Shown: positions 7,924-15,293, numbered from the stretch's first letter. The stretch: DNA of 20,000 bases from an uncultured virus (IMG/VR IMGVR_UViG_3300037070_004147) (IMGVR_UViG_3300037070_004147), one strand, 5' to 3'. The notes: generated by a model from the sequence alone, not told the origin. Numbers and translations are program-made.

Positions 7924-8151
7924 TCATGGCGTGCCTGTTTGACCGGACGTTCCCGAGGGGGTGACGAAGGGCGGCGGGCCTTTCCGGGGGCACGTCACGC
8001 TCTGGCACGTCTGCTCGCTAGTAGGCGGACAAATGCAGCCTCGAGTCGGATAGCTGGAATAGCATTTAGCACGCACCATCTTGCATCCATTCGCGGTGCA
8101 GTCCGGATCCGAGCACCAGCACATGACGCCATATCCGCCGTCGCCGATCAT
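7924..8151 (-). CDS. Small Cys-rich protein (75 aa, 9 Cys)
   Basis: ATGA overlap at 8148-8151; CWC..C..C..C and GCICPPTSEQTCQSVTCPRK. Confidence 0.65.
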   Translation of the reverse strand: MIGDGGYGVMCWCSDPDCTANGCKMVRAKCYSSYPTRGCICPPTSEQTCQSVTCPRKGPPPFVTPSGTSGQTGTP

Positions 8152-8282
8152 TCGATTCCCGTGAGGTACAGGTACATCAGAGTGAAGGCGCAGACGAAGG
8201 CGACAATCAGCCACAGAACTTGTGAGTCGGTCAGCGGCCCCGTCTGCTGCATGGCCGCGGTAAGCATTGCATCTTCGCTCAC
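8148..8282 (-). CDS. Small membrane protein (44 aa), below ORF-track cutoff
   Basis: GTGA/ATGA overlaps at both ends; TM VLWLIVAFVCAFTLMYLYL. Confidence 0.6.
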   Translation of the reverse strand: MSEDAMLTAAMQQTGPLTDSQVLWLIVAFVCAFTLMYLYLTGIE

Positions 8283-8482
8283 TTCTGCCTCCGCTCAATC
8301 ATTGCGTCGGCTTGGCGATATGCAAGGTCTGCTGCGGATAGGGGGCTACCCCTAAGCGCATTGTCTGAGAGGATACCATTGAGCGCCTCCCCTGCGAAAT
8401 AGTCGCGCAGGCTCATGCGGTAGTAGTGATGCGCTCCGGTCACCGACGACGGGAAAGCAGGGATGCTTGTGTCATCGCTCAT
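8279..8482 (-). CDS. Conserved phage small protein (PAFP..MSLRDYFA..AY..ADAM family)
   Basis: Motif string recalled as widespread in proteobacterial phage hypotheticals. Confidence 0.8.
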   Translation of the reverse strand: MSDDTSIPAFPSSVTGAHHYYRMSLRDYFAGEALNGILSDNALRGSPLSAADLAYRQADAMIERRQK

Positions 8483-8796
8483 TTGCCGATCTTCCTGTGC
8501 TCGACCCGCACTCCTTTGCCTAGCGCGGCCTTGATGCCCTCAAGCATGCCCGGCGTGATTCCGTAATCAATGTAAACGGCGCAGATTTCCGCCACCTCGT
8601 ACCACGCTACGCCGGCGTTGATTCCGCGCTGTCGCTGCTCGGGCACCTTGTCATCTAGTACCTGCGTGTAAAGCAGGTGGCTGGCGAGCGGAGCCTCATC
8701 CCCGCGCTCCAGGCTGTCAAGGAGACAGCGTAGAGCGTACGTCTGGTTGAGCGCAACGTCCCCTGCGAACGGGGACTCGATGATTACACGCTTCAT
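8479..8796 (-). CDS. Conserved phage protein, nucleoside 2-deoxyribosyltransferase-like / DUF4406-like fold
   Basis: VIIESPFAGDV..APLASHLLYTQVLDD..R..GI..AVYIDYGITPGM..GI motifs. Confidence 0.7.
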   Translation of the reverse strand: MKRVIIESPFAGDVALNQTYALRCLLDSLERGDEAPLASHLLYTQVLDDKVPEQRQRGINAGVAWYEVAEICAVYIDYGITPGMLEGIKAALGKGVRVEHRKIGK

Positions 8797-8978
8797 AGCG
8801 ACCCCACAGTCTTATCGCGATCGTCTTTATGCATCAGCTGTCGCACATCGTATCTAGCGGACAGAAGAGTTTCGCGCACATTGTCCAGGGCCAGAGCTTC
8901 TGCGGCAGATGCTGCATTATAGATTTGCCGGTCCAGCTTGTCGGCATCGATTTGCTCTGCGGTACGGTATTCTTTCAT
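8793..8978 (-). CDS. Hypothetical protein (61 aa)
   Basis: ATGA overlaps at both ends. Confidence 0.7.
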   Translation of the reverse strand: MKEYRTAEQIDADKLDRQIYNAASAAEALALDNVRETLLSARYDVRQLMHKDDRDKTVGSL

Positions 8979-9157
8979 TTACCGCACGCCATTCGAGTAT
9001 GAAGTATTGCCGCCTCAATAGAGGCTGCCTGACATACAGCCGCTGCCATCATGAACAGTCCGAAGCTTAGCGTGGATACAGGAGCGGAGATCCCCGCGGT
9101 AACGCCGAGAACTATCGTTGCCGCAGAAAGTAAAACTGCCAGATACGCCCACATCAC
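8975..9157 (-). CDS. Small two-TM membrane protein
   Basis: Two hydrophobic stretches; overlaps at both ends. Confidence 0.65.
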   Translation of the reverse strand: MMWAYLAVLLSAATIVLGVTAGISAPVSTLSFGLFMMAAAVCQAASIEAAILHTRMACGK

Positions 9158-9342
9158 GCCTTCTCCTTTTTCACGATGCTATCCAGCCATTGATTCGTAA
9201 CATCTTTCACATTGCGCATGTCCGCTCGAACCGCATCCATGTCGTCATAGAGGCGGCCGAGGCAGTTCTGGTACACCGCGCTCTTGATCCGGATCCCGAC
9301 ATCAAGCCATTCGATAAGGAAAAGCTCCTCCCAGGCGCTCAT
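9154..9342 (-). CDS. Hypothetical protein (62 aa, MSAWEEL...)
   Basis: GGAGG RBS and ATGA overlap at 9339-9342. Confidence 0.65.
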   Translation of the reverse strand: MSAWEELFLIEWLDVGIRIKSAVYQNCLGRLYDDMDAVRADMRNVKDVTNQWLDSIVKKEKA

Positions 9343-9554
9343 TCGAACCTCCATGCGGCATTGCCGGCGGCTTCGCCGAGGGGCGTGTCTTGGAATGCCT
9401 GCGCCACCGTAACTAGCTCCTTCCAGATCATCATAACAGCGTTTTGATTCTGGTCGAGCAGGCTGCCGCCTTCCATGACGTCACGGAACTGATCGGCCAC
9501 CATGCCGCCATGCTTATGCGAGATGACGGCGTTGAGGATGTCGGTGTATGTCAT
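9339..9554 (-). CDS. Hypothetical protein (71 aa, MTYTDIL...)
   Basis: AAGGAGCCAAACTG-ATG start. Confidence 0.7.
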   Translation of the reverse strand: MTYTDILNAVISHKHGGMVADQFRDVMEGGSLLDQNQNAVMMIWKELVTVAQAFQDTPLGEAAGNAAWRFE

Positions 9555-9599
9555 CAGTTTGGCTCCTTCTGATGACTCCAACCTACCGCCACGCGTTGC

Positions 9600-9797
9600 C
9601 TACGTCAACGATTCGTTCGCCTTCACCAGCATATAATTGGCGCGGGCCTCGAGGGTGTCGGCGGCATGCCGCCACGCCATGATCTGACCCTTGCGACCAG
9701 AGGCGTCCTCAGCCTCAGCCTCATCGGCCCTAACCCGCATCTGGGATGCCATCTCAAACAGCTTAGCTACAGCCGCTGGCGATGATGTGGCGATCAT
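9600..9797 (-). CDS. Hypothetical protein, first gene after leftward promoter
   Basis: AAGGGA upstream; helical Ala-rich 65 aa. Confidence 0.65.
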   Translation of the reverse strand: MIATSSPAAVAKLFEMASQMRVRADEAEAEDASGRKGQIMAWRHAADTLEARANYMLVKANESLT

Positions 9798-9819
9798 GGT
9801 TTGCTCATCCCTTATTCCC

Positions 9820-9834
9820 TATACCCTGGGTATA
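9820..9834. promoter_or_regulatory. Operator-like palindrome TATACCC-T-GGGTATA
   Basis: Perfect 7+1+7 inverted repeat just downstream of the predicted leftward start site. Confidence 0.45.
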
Positions 9835-9849
9835 TCATCGTCCTAGAGG

Positions 9850-9879
9850 ATTCTACCCCTACCCGCTTATATCCCGCAA
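9850..9879 (-). promoter_or_regulatory. Leftward sigma70-like promoter
   Basis: Minus strand TTGCGG-N18-TAGAAT upstream of the left gene array. Confidence 0.55.
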
Positions 9880-9916
9880 CATTCGAAAACGTGAACGGAT
9901 GTGCCCTTTTGTACAA

Positions 9917-9946
9917 TTGCCATGGGCGTTGGGATAGGCGTATGTT
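9917..9946 (+). promoter_or_regulatory. Rightward sigma70-like promoter
   Basis: TTGCCA-N18-TATGTT, divergent from the leftward promoter. Confidence 0.5.
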
Positions 9947-9952
9947 AAATCG

Positions 9953-10091
9953 CGTTCATGCGAATCACAGCCACGTTTTCGTCCCTCGTTTCCGTAGGCT
10001 GGGATTATCATGATCGGCCCCGCGCGGATGGGTCGTAGCTGTTCCAGAAAGAGCGGCGCCCCCTTCGATTCATTTTCCGCGCGGGGTTTTT
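9953..10091 (+). ncRNA. Candidate structured sRNA or attenuated leader
   Basis: Follows predicted promoter; nested stems 10018-28/10076-86, 10029-35/10066-72, 10038-44/10051-57 with four G-U pairs on + strand; ends in TTTTT. Confidence 0.4.
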
Positions 10092-10111
10092 GAGGGCCGC
10101 GGTGGATTGAG

Positions 10112-10492
10112 TTGATTACGCCCGTCACTGAATGTCCCATCGGCCCCGGAGGCAGGCACTCATTCCAAGACGACGGATTATGTGAGTTTTGCGGATCCAT
10201 GCCACTAGCGGAGACAGCGGAGGACAGCGAGATGGCGGAACTACGCAGTGAAGTCATCGCGCTCAAGGGACGGGAGATTGTGCTGGAAGCTCTGTTAGCC
10301 CGCGTGCTGCGTGCCACCCAGGGCGATGAGGACTCAGACGCCTTGCTCATGATGCCCACCGACATGAAGGTCCTAGAGATGGCCTTGCGTCGCGTTCGCG
10401 ACGGATTCGATTCGGGAGCGACGGCCACGCTGCAACTTATCTCAGAAATCAGGGGTGCCCTAAAGGATCTAAACGACGGCATGGAGCGTTGA
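10112..10492 (+). CDS. Hypothetical protein, possible N-terminal Zn site plus coiled coil; start uncertain
   Basis: C-x7-H-x7-CEFC then ELRSEVIALKGREIVLEALL. Confidence 0.6.
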   Translation: MITPVTECPIGPGGRHSFQDDGLCEFCGSMPLAETAEDSEMAELRSEVIALKGREIVLEALLARVLRATQGDEDSDALLMMPTDMKVLEMALRRVRDGFDSGATATLQLISEIRGALKDLNDGMER

Positions 10493-10523
10493 GCGCACAA
10501 GGAAGCTCAAGGGAGCCCATCAC

Positions 10524-10697
10524 ATGAACATCGACAGCGACACAATTAGCTTCATCCTCTTGGCGTTCGGGATGGCCGCGGTGGCGGTCTATCTCACTTC
10601 CAGTGTATTTTGCGCCGTCTTCTATCGAGATAGGAGGGACGTCGATCAGATCACGATGGGCGTCTTCCTGGCAACGGTGCTCGCGTTTCTATTGTAA
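10524..10697 (+). CDS. Small two-TM membrane protein (57 aa), below ORF-track cutoff
   Basis: AAGGGAG RBS; MNIDSDTISFILLAFGMAAVAVYLTSSVFCAVFYRDRRDVDQITMGVFLATVLAFLL. Confidence 0.7.
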   Translation: MNIDSDTISFILLAFGMAAVAVYLTSSVFCAVFYRDRRDVDQITMGVFLATVLAFLL

Positions 10698-10757
10698 TTT
10701 CCCCTAGACTCAGTTTTCGCCGCTTGTTAAAGTGCTCCCATCTTATACCCGACGCTA

Positions 10758-10943
10758 CTAGTCGGGATAATCCTTGGGGTTTGTACCAGAGTTGCCTAGG
10801 AGTCTGCTCGCTCCGAAAAAGATACAGGCGATCCCACGTTCCCCGGAAGCCGCCAGCCTTGATCCCGCTGGTAACTTTGGCCTCCTCAGAAAACGGGTTG
10901 GTGACTGGCGGGAAAGACCGCGCTCATTACCATAACGGTCCAT
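10758..10943 (-). CDS. Possible small ORF
   Basis: GGAG RBS before ATG but composition unconvincing. Confidence 0.25.
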   Translation of the reverse strand: MDRYGNERGLSRQSPTRFLRRPKLPAGSRLAASGERGIACIFFGASRLLGNSGTNPKDYPD

Positions 10944-11059
10944 ACTTCTCCATTATCAGCCAAAGGGCTGGAAAGAATACTGCGCAAAAACCGCAGAATA
11001 TCGCTGCGCCGTAGGCTTCTGATGCGCAAAACGCGACCGTTAATACGGAAGACAATATG

Positions 11060-11088
11060 AAATAGACGACAATGATTTGTCGCATCTA
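11060..11088 (-). terminator. Probable intrinsic terminator ending the right-hand minus-strand array
   Basis: CGACAA-N4-TTGTCG stem (11067-11082) right after the stop codon, followed on minus strand by TCTATTTC. Confidence 0.45.
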
Positions 11089-11475
11089 ACTGGTCCCTCC
11101 CATAAACAGGCAGCGCATCTTACGCGGCAGGATGTCTCCGCCCCAGACGCAGCCGTGGATCTGTCCGTCCGGTGAGATGCCGGGTTCTCCCTTGAAGTGG
11201 AAGACAACGGGTCCCGTTCCGATACCAGGGCGATCCACATCAGTGCCGTTAACGCTCTGGACATAACCGGCAACCCGCAGACTAGGCAGATCTCCGGCCT
11301 TCAAGGTGACGTCGTACCCATCGTCGGTGCGTTTAATCGATGAGGGCTGGATGGGCCCGCAGTCGTCGGTGCCGCAGCATGGAGCGCCGGTGTCCGTGAT
11401 CTTGTCGGAGTACCAGTCGTGGGCGACTGCCGGCGTACAGGCGAGCAGCAGGGCCAGGGAGATTAAGCGCTTCAT
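11086..11475 (-). CDS. Secreted Cys-rich protein (HDWY..CC..DC family)
   Basis: Signal peptide ending AVA-H; HDWY, CCGTDDC, SPDGQIHGC, RCLF motifs recalled from rhizobial/phage hypotheticals; TGATG overlap. Confidence 0.8.
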   Translation of the reverse strand: MKRLISLALLLACTPAVAHDWYSDKITDTGAPCCGTDDCGPIQPSSIKRTDDGYDVTLKAGDLPSLRVAGYVQSVNGTDVDRPGIGTGPVVFHFKGEPGISPDGQIHGCVWGGDILPRKMRCLFMGGTS

Positions 11476-11765
11476 CAATTCACCCCCTCCGGCACAACCG
11501 GCCAGCAATCAATGGTGTTGGGATCGAAGAGAACCGGGCGGCCGTACCCCAGCTGCAGGCTGGGAGCGACGTAGTTCGGTACGTTCCCCTTGGAGACCCT
11601 GGACAAGTCCCGAAGATAGAAAGCCGCTGAATGTTCGCACCAGCTGCGACTGATTACCGGGTGGTTGCCCATCATGTCGGTATAGACGTTCACAGTAGTG
11701 CTGGTGTACCAGCATGCGCTGCTGAACTCGATGCAGGCCAGGAAGGCTACGGTGACGGGAATCAT
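11475..11765 (-). CDS. Hypothetical protein with four Cys and hydrophobic N-terminus
   Basis: AAGGAG RBS, ATGA overlap; LAC..AC..C..C. Confidence 0.65.
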   Translation of the reverse strand: MIPVTVAFLACIEFSSACWYTSTTVNVYTDMMGNHPVISRSWCEHSAAFYLRDLSRVSKGNVPNYVAPSLQLGYGRPVLFDPNTIDCWPVVPEGVN

Positions 11766-11947
11766 GATGCTTTCTCCTTAGCCAGCCTTTCACTCTGCGC
11801 CTGCTTGCGCAGTTCGTCATAGGCCTCAACCGCCGTGTCGTAAGCCCACATGGCATCCAGACCCGCCTGAGAGATGAGCGTCTGACGAGCCTTATAGTAG
11901 GCTTTGTAAGCCAGCCTCATGCGCTCCTTGAAGATCTCATCGCTCAT
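11762..11947 (-). CDS. Hypothetical helical protein (61 aa, MSDEIFKE...)
   Basis: GGAGG RBS before ATG 11947. Confidence 0.7.
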   Translation of the reverse strand: MSDEIFKERMRLAYKAYYKARQTLISQAGLDAMWAYDTAVEAYDELRKQAQSERLAKEKAS

Positions 11948-12290
11948 GAGCTTCCTCCACTTCGCGAACGATAAAGCCCGAAAGCATGTAGCGAACGCCG
12001 TCGCGAAGCTCCTGCTTGCCGGTATCAGTGAGGTGGGCAAACCGACGGCCTCCGAAAACATCAGAAAGTAAATCTAGCTCGGTGAGACGGGACGCGAATA
12101 GGTCAACGTGAGCGTCTAATAGTTCTGGGCCATCTTGGATGGCGTTTTGGATTGCCTCTAGTTGAGCGCGGCCTTCCTCTAGAGCATCTTTAATATGGTC
12201 ATCCATGAAGAACATATCCTCACAATATTGTGGCCTATCGATATTCCACGGTGTGTTATGCCGCACCGTCAGAGTCGCGGGATGCTTCAT
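11937..12290 (-). CDS. Hypothetical protein; start uncertain (12371, 12290 or near 12215)
   Basis: Protein-like acidic helical C-terminal part. Confidence 0.6.
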   Translation of the reverse strand: MKHPATLTVRHNTPWNIDRPQYCEDMFFMDDHIKDALEEGRAQLEAIQNAIQDGPELLDAHVDLFASRLTELDLLSDVFGGRRFAHLTDTGKQELRDGVRYMLSGFIVREVEEAHER

Positions 12291-12374
12291 GCCTAGGTAT
12301 TTTGCAAGAGCGGGGCTGAGGACAATGACATCACCCCTCCTGCGGGACGTAACCGTCGCTCTTGAAGCCACCAG

Positions 12375-12734
12375 TCACGGCGCCGTCACCGTGAAGATCT
12401 TAGCCAGAGGTGACGCGTTGATGCGCACCTCAACTGAGAGCGGTGCTTCAAACGCTCGCGATAGATAGCGGTAAGGCTTCTTGTTCGCCCAGGCCTCGAG
12501 CACCAGCTGCACGTGATAGATCGCCGACTCTGCGGAGATGTTGCCAGAGCTTCCCGTCATGGCGATGCAGAGGCCGGAGAGTAGCTGTGCAGCGTCCGCC
12601 GTCCTGACGTCGGCTTCATGCTTGTCGCTTCCAATAAGGTCCCGCCTCCGCAGCGCCTCCCACACCTTCTCGACGTCATTCAAGTCGACGTCCAAGGTGA
12701 TGGCGACAAACTCTCTGAATTCACGAGGGGTCAT
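12375..12734 (-). CDS. Putative HTH-like DNA-binding protein
   Basis: MTPREF..VA..L..V..LRRRDLI..DAAQLL resembles a rhizobial prophage family; ATGA overlap. Confidence 0.6.
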   Translation of the reverse strand: MTPREFREFVAITLDVDLNDVEKVWEALRRRDLIGSDKHEADVRTADAAQLLSGLCIAMTGSSGNISAESAIYHVQLVLEAWANKKPYRYLSRAFEAPLSVEVRINASPLAKIFTVTAP

Positions 12735-13147
12735 GCCTCTTCCTTTTTGATGTTGGACTTCGCCCACCGCAGCATTCGGTCGAAGCGAGCGTCAGGAGCT
12801 TGACGCGTATAAACTTCGTCATTCTCAAACATGATCTCGCGAGCGAGCGCCTCACTGATTCCGAACACCAGAGCGATTGCCTCGTAGTCCTCAGGGTCGA
12901 TCTCGGTCATGTCGACGCCACGGAAGCGCCCGACTGCGCCGAGAGCGCACACCGGTCCGGTAGGCTCTTCAAGCTCACCGGCGATGAGCTTCCTCTCCGG
13001 CAGCGCATCCATTGCCGCTAGCATCTCTTTGAGAAAAGCCTGCCCTCGCTTGCCGCGGATCGCGCTCTTGACGGCTCCCCGCCAGCGGATGCTGGCCCAC
13101 ATGCCATCGTCGTAATCGTAGTCATCGGTGTATCCGGAGCGGCTCAT
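12731..13147 (-). CDS. Conserved phage hypothetical protein (MSRSGY..RGAVxSAIRGKRGQ family)
   Basis: MSRSGYTDD, RGKRGQAFL, VCALG, EIMFENDE motifs; ATGA overlap at 13144-13147. Confidence 0.85.
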   Translation of the reverse strand: MSRSGYTDDYDYDDGMWASIRWRGAVKSAIRGKRGQAFLKEMLAAMDALPERKLIAGELEEPTGPVCALGAVGRFRGVDMTEIDPEDYEAIALVFGISEALAREIMFENDEVYTRQAPDARFDRMLRWAKSNIKKEEA

Positions 13148-13248
13148 TTTCGCTTTCCTCTGAAGATAAGTCCCGCGCTGACAGAAATGATGACGATCCA
13201 TACCGCCACCACCAACACCTTATAAGCAAGCACCTCAACGTCAGGCAT
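13144..13248 (-). CDS. 34-aa single-TM peptide
   Basis: MPDVEVLAYKVLVVAVWIVIISVSAGLIFRGKRK; stop overlaps next start. Confidence 0.6.
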   Translation of the reverse strand: MPDVEVLAYKVLVVAVWIVIISVSAGLIFRGKRK

Positions 13249-13408
13249 TTACGCCACACTCTCGTAGTGGCCACGCCCGTTTACCGAATTCCGTGCCAAT
13301 AGCCCTGTCACCCCAGGCATGCACACGGTTAACGCCCATAACAAAGCGCATTCGGCAGACGATGCCTCGGGATCGGCAACTTAAAGCGCACGCCGGGGTA
13401 TCCTTTGT

Positions 13409-13579
13409 TCATCTATCTCGTCCAAACTCTAGCACACGGCCGTCGTCGGTGAGGCAAATACTTCTGGGGCCGATGTGGCCTCCGGCCTCTCGACATTCGT
13501 CCCCTTGAAGTATCGCTGCCCATATGACAAGCGCCAGCATCAATGCGACTCCAGCCGCGCATAACACCGGGCCCATCAC
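13409..13579 (-). CDS. Small membrane-anchored protein with Cys pair (56 aa)
   Basis: GGAGG RBS; TM then CREAGG..ICLTDDGRVL. Confidence 0.65.
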   Translation of the reverse strand: MMGPVLCAAGVALMLALVIWAAILQGDECREAGGHIGPRSICLTDDGRVLEFGRDR

Positions 13580-13894
13580 CTACCTCCCGACGGCCGTGGG
13601 GGCGCCATCTTCTAACGCCGCACGGAATTGCCTGCGCGCTTCCATGCCGGCCTCCAGGGCCGCCATCACGGCCTCTCCGAGGTACTCTCGGCTGGATGGC
13701 GGCGGATAGGCGTGCTGCGTCGGGAGAACAGCGTGCTTCCATGCGGCATGTGCTCGGGAGCGCCACAGCGCGGTCGCCGAGTAACCCTGTGGGGTAGGGT
13801 GTGGCTGCACCGGCGGATGCGGCTGTACCGGCGGAGGTGGCTGCACTGGCGGATTGGGGCCCACCGGAGGATTTGGCTCTGCAAGCGGATTCAT
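13580..13894 (-). CDS. Hypothetical protein with Pro-rich N-terminal repeats
   Basis: GGGAGCCAAACAC-ATG; (PxPPV[G/Q])4. Confidence 0.65.
   Translation of the reverse strand: MNPLAEPNPPVGPNPPVQPPPPVQPHPPVQPHPTPQGYSATALWRSRAHAAWKHAVLPTQHAYPPPSSREYLGEAVMAALEAGMEARRQFRAALEDGAPTAVGR
13801..13878. repeat. 18-bp coding tandem repeat, about 4.3 degenerate units
   Basis: gtggctgcaccggcggat / gcggctgtaccggcggag / gtggctgcactggcggat / tggggcccaccggaggat. Confidence 0.85.
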
Positions 13895-13918
13895 GTGTTT
13901 GGCTCCCTATCTTTGGTC

Positions 13919-13961
13919 GGCACCGGACGAATCGGACCTGACTCCAAACTCGTCCGGCGCC
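13919..13961 (-). other. Long intergenic hairpin
   Basis: GGCGCCGGACGA...TCGTCCGGTGCC 12-bp stem (G-U on minus strand) extended by inner pairs; no U-tract. Confidence 0.55.
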
Positions 13962-14015
13962 TGAGCTAAGCTGGCGTTGGCTTTATCAGTGCCGGCCCGG
14001 CTTCGCTGTCTCAGT

Positions 14016-14621
14016 TCACCCGAAGTGGTGGAAATCGAAGTGATCGATCGGAGCGATTTCCGCCTGCGGCAGCACGGGAGCCACCGGAACCACCGCGCAC
14101 GGAGCCAGCATCGCAAAGCCATCGTCGTGGCCGGCGGTACCGCTGTCCCAGCGGAAGTGGATGGTGCTCGAAGCAAGGCGGATATCGATATCGTCGATCG
14201 CTCCGTTCGCCTGCGGGTTGATGTGCACCTTTCGGCCGTTGAACCAGAGATCAACGCCAGTCTGATCAACGTCTGCCAGATCGGCGAATCGGAAACGGAA
14301 GGTGTCAGCCAGCGACCCATCATGGTCGGCGTCCGCTTGCCGCACGTGAAAGGTGATCTCGCCCTTGTCCACATCGTTGGAGTTCAGGAACGGCTGTTTC
14401 CCCAGATCGTTCAGCAAAGTGTCGCGACCGAATGTGCTGTGGCGCGAGGTGTTCGCCAGCATCTCAGCTGCGTTGGTGATGATCGGCTGCCCAGGATTAC
14501 GCCAAACAGCCAACCCGGAAGTGGGGCCGGCATCAATGACGTGAAAGTACTCCGGCAGAATGGGCAGAGTGGGCCCGGTCGGAAGCAGGGAGTCGGGTGC
14601 GAAAGTTACCTTGATTGCCAT
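14016..14621 (-). CDS. Asp-rich beta-rich protein with RTX/T1SS-like DxFxF motifs
   Basis: AAGGA RBS, TAATG overlap; ADTFRF internally, IDHFDFHHFG at C-terminus; no signal peptide. Confidence 0.7.
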   Translation of the reverse strand: MAIKVTFAPDSLLPTGPTLPILPEYFHVIDAGPTSGLAVWRNPGQPIITNAAEMLANTSRHSTFGRDTLLNDLGKQPFLNSNDVDKGEITFHVRQADADHDGSLADTFRFRFADLADVDQTGVDLWFNGRKVHINPQANGAIDDIDIRLASSTIHFRWDSGTAGHDDGFAMLAPCAVVPVAPVLPQAEIAPIDHFDFHHFG

Positions 14622-15091
14622 TACTGGTTATCCTTTAGTTCTGTTTCGGTTTCGGTGGTAGTGGCCATATCTTCTGGCAGATCTCCCCGCCCATCGAAAG
14701 CGTCTAGGTACTCTACTGGGGTGACCTCGAAAGAGTATACAACCTTATACTTCACGATGCGAGTTTCCAGGCCTAGGCTTCCCTGATAGCCGTCCTGCGC
14801 CTCCGCCATGGCTACGAAGTACCAGCGATGGGCCTCGGCCTCGGTTCTGGTGAGAAGGTTGGCTATCTGCTGAGCGGTGCATCGGTACTTCGGGGCCGGA
14901 ACGCCGAACCCATCGAATCGCGCCTCAGTGTAGATGCGCTTCCAACGATTATCCAACAGCAACTCACCAATCCTCACTGGCTCGTGAAGATTGACCCTTA
15001 CCTCAAAGCCGTAGCCATGATCCGTTCCCCTGCCGGATGGGCCGGATTGCGCATCAAGGATTGCGGTTTTGTTTTTGTTGGGTCCCGGCAT
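14621..15091 (-). CDS. Hypothetical protein (156 aa)
   Basis: GAGGA RBS; fits array. Confidence 0.75.
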   Translation of the reverse strand: MPGPNKNKTAILDAQSGPSGRGTDHGYGFEVRVNLHEPVRIGELLLDNRWKRIYTEARFDGFGVPAPKYRCTAQQIANLLTRTEAEAHRWYFVAMAEAQDGYQGSLGLETRIVKYKVVYSFEVTPVEYLDAFDGRGDLPEDMATTTETETELKDNQ

Positions 15092-15098
15092 AGCTTCC

Positions 15099-15293
15099 TC
15101 AGTTCACTTTGGTTTCGATGATTCGTCCACCATTGCCGCGGACATTTTCAAACTTAGGCAGCACCTGTGGCGTGGTAGCCATAACATGCACGGCCAGGAA
15201 CGGCGCGAAGACGAAAGCTATGATGGCACTGAAGATCAGCGCCCAGTGCCACCACGGGCCAGACAGATATCGGTTGTCGTCATCCTCTTCCAT
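15099..15293 (-). CDS. Small single-pass membrane protein
   Basis: TM WALIFSAIIAFVFAPFLAV. Confidence 0.65.
   Translation of the reverse strand: MEEDDDNRYLSGPWWHWALIFSAIIAFVFAPFLAVHVMATTPQVLPKFENVRGNGGRIIETKVN

Noticed and set aside
10018..10091. Hairpin as tRNA, SRP RNA or cos site
   Set aside because: No cloverleaf or CCA, no SRP helix-8 motif, no terminase or HNH gene nearby
9859..10500. 213-aa minus-strand ORF
   Set aside because: Ser/Arg-rich shadow of 10112..10492 running through the promoter region
13413..13766. 117-aa minus-strand ORF from the track
   Set aside because: Wrong frame; 13580..13894 and 13409..13579 explain the region with RBSs
13801..13878. 18-bp repeats as CRISPR or iterons
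   Set aside because: No spacers; variation pattern fits a coding repeat
13977..14786. 269-aa + strand ORF
   Set aside because: Antisense shadow of 14016..14621 and 14621..15091, which have RBSs and coupling
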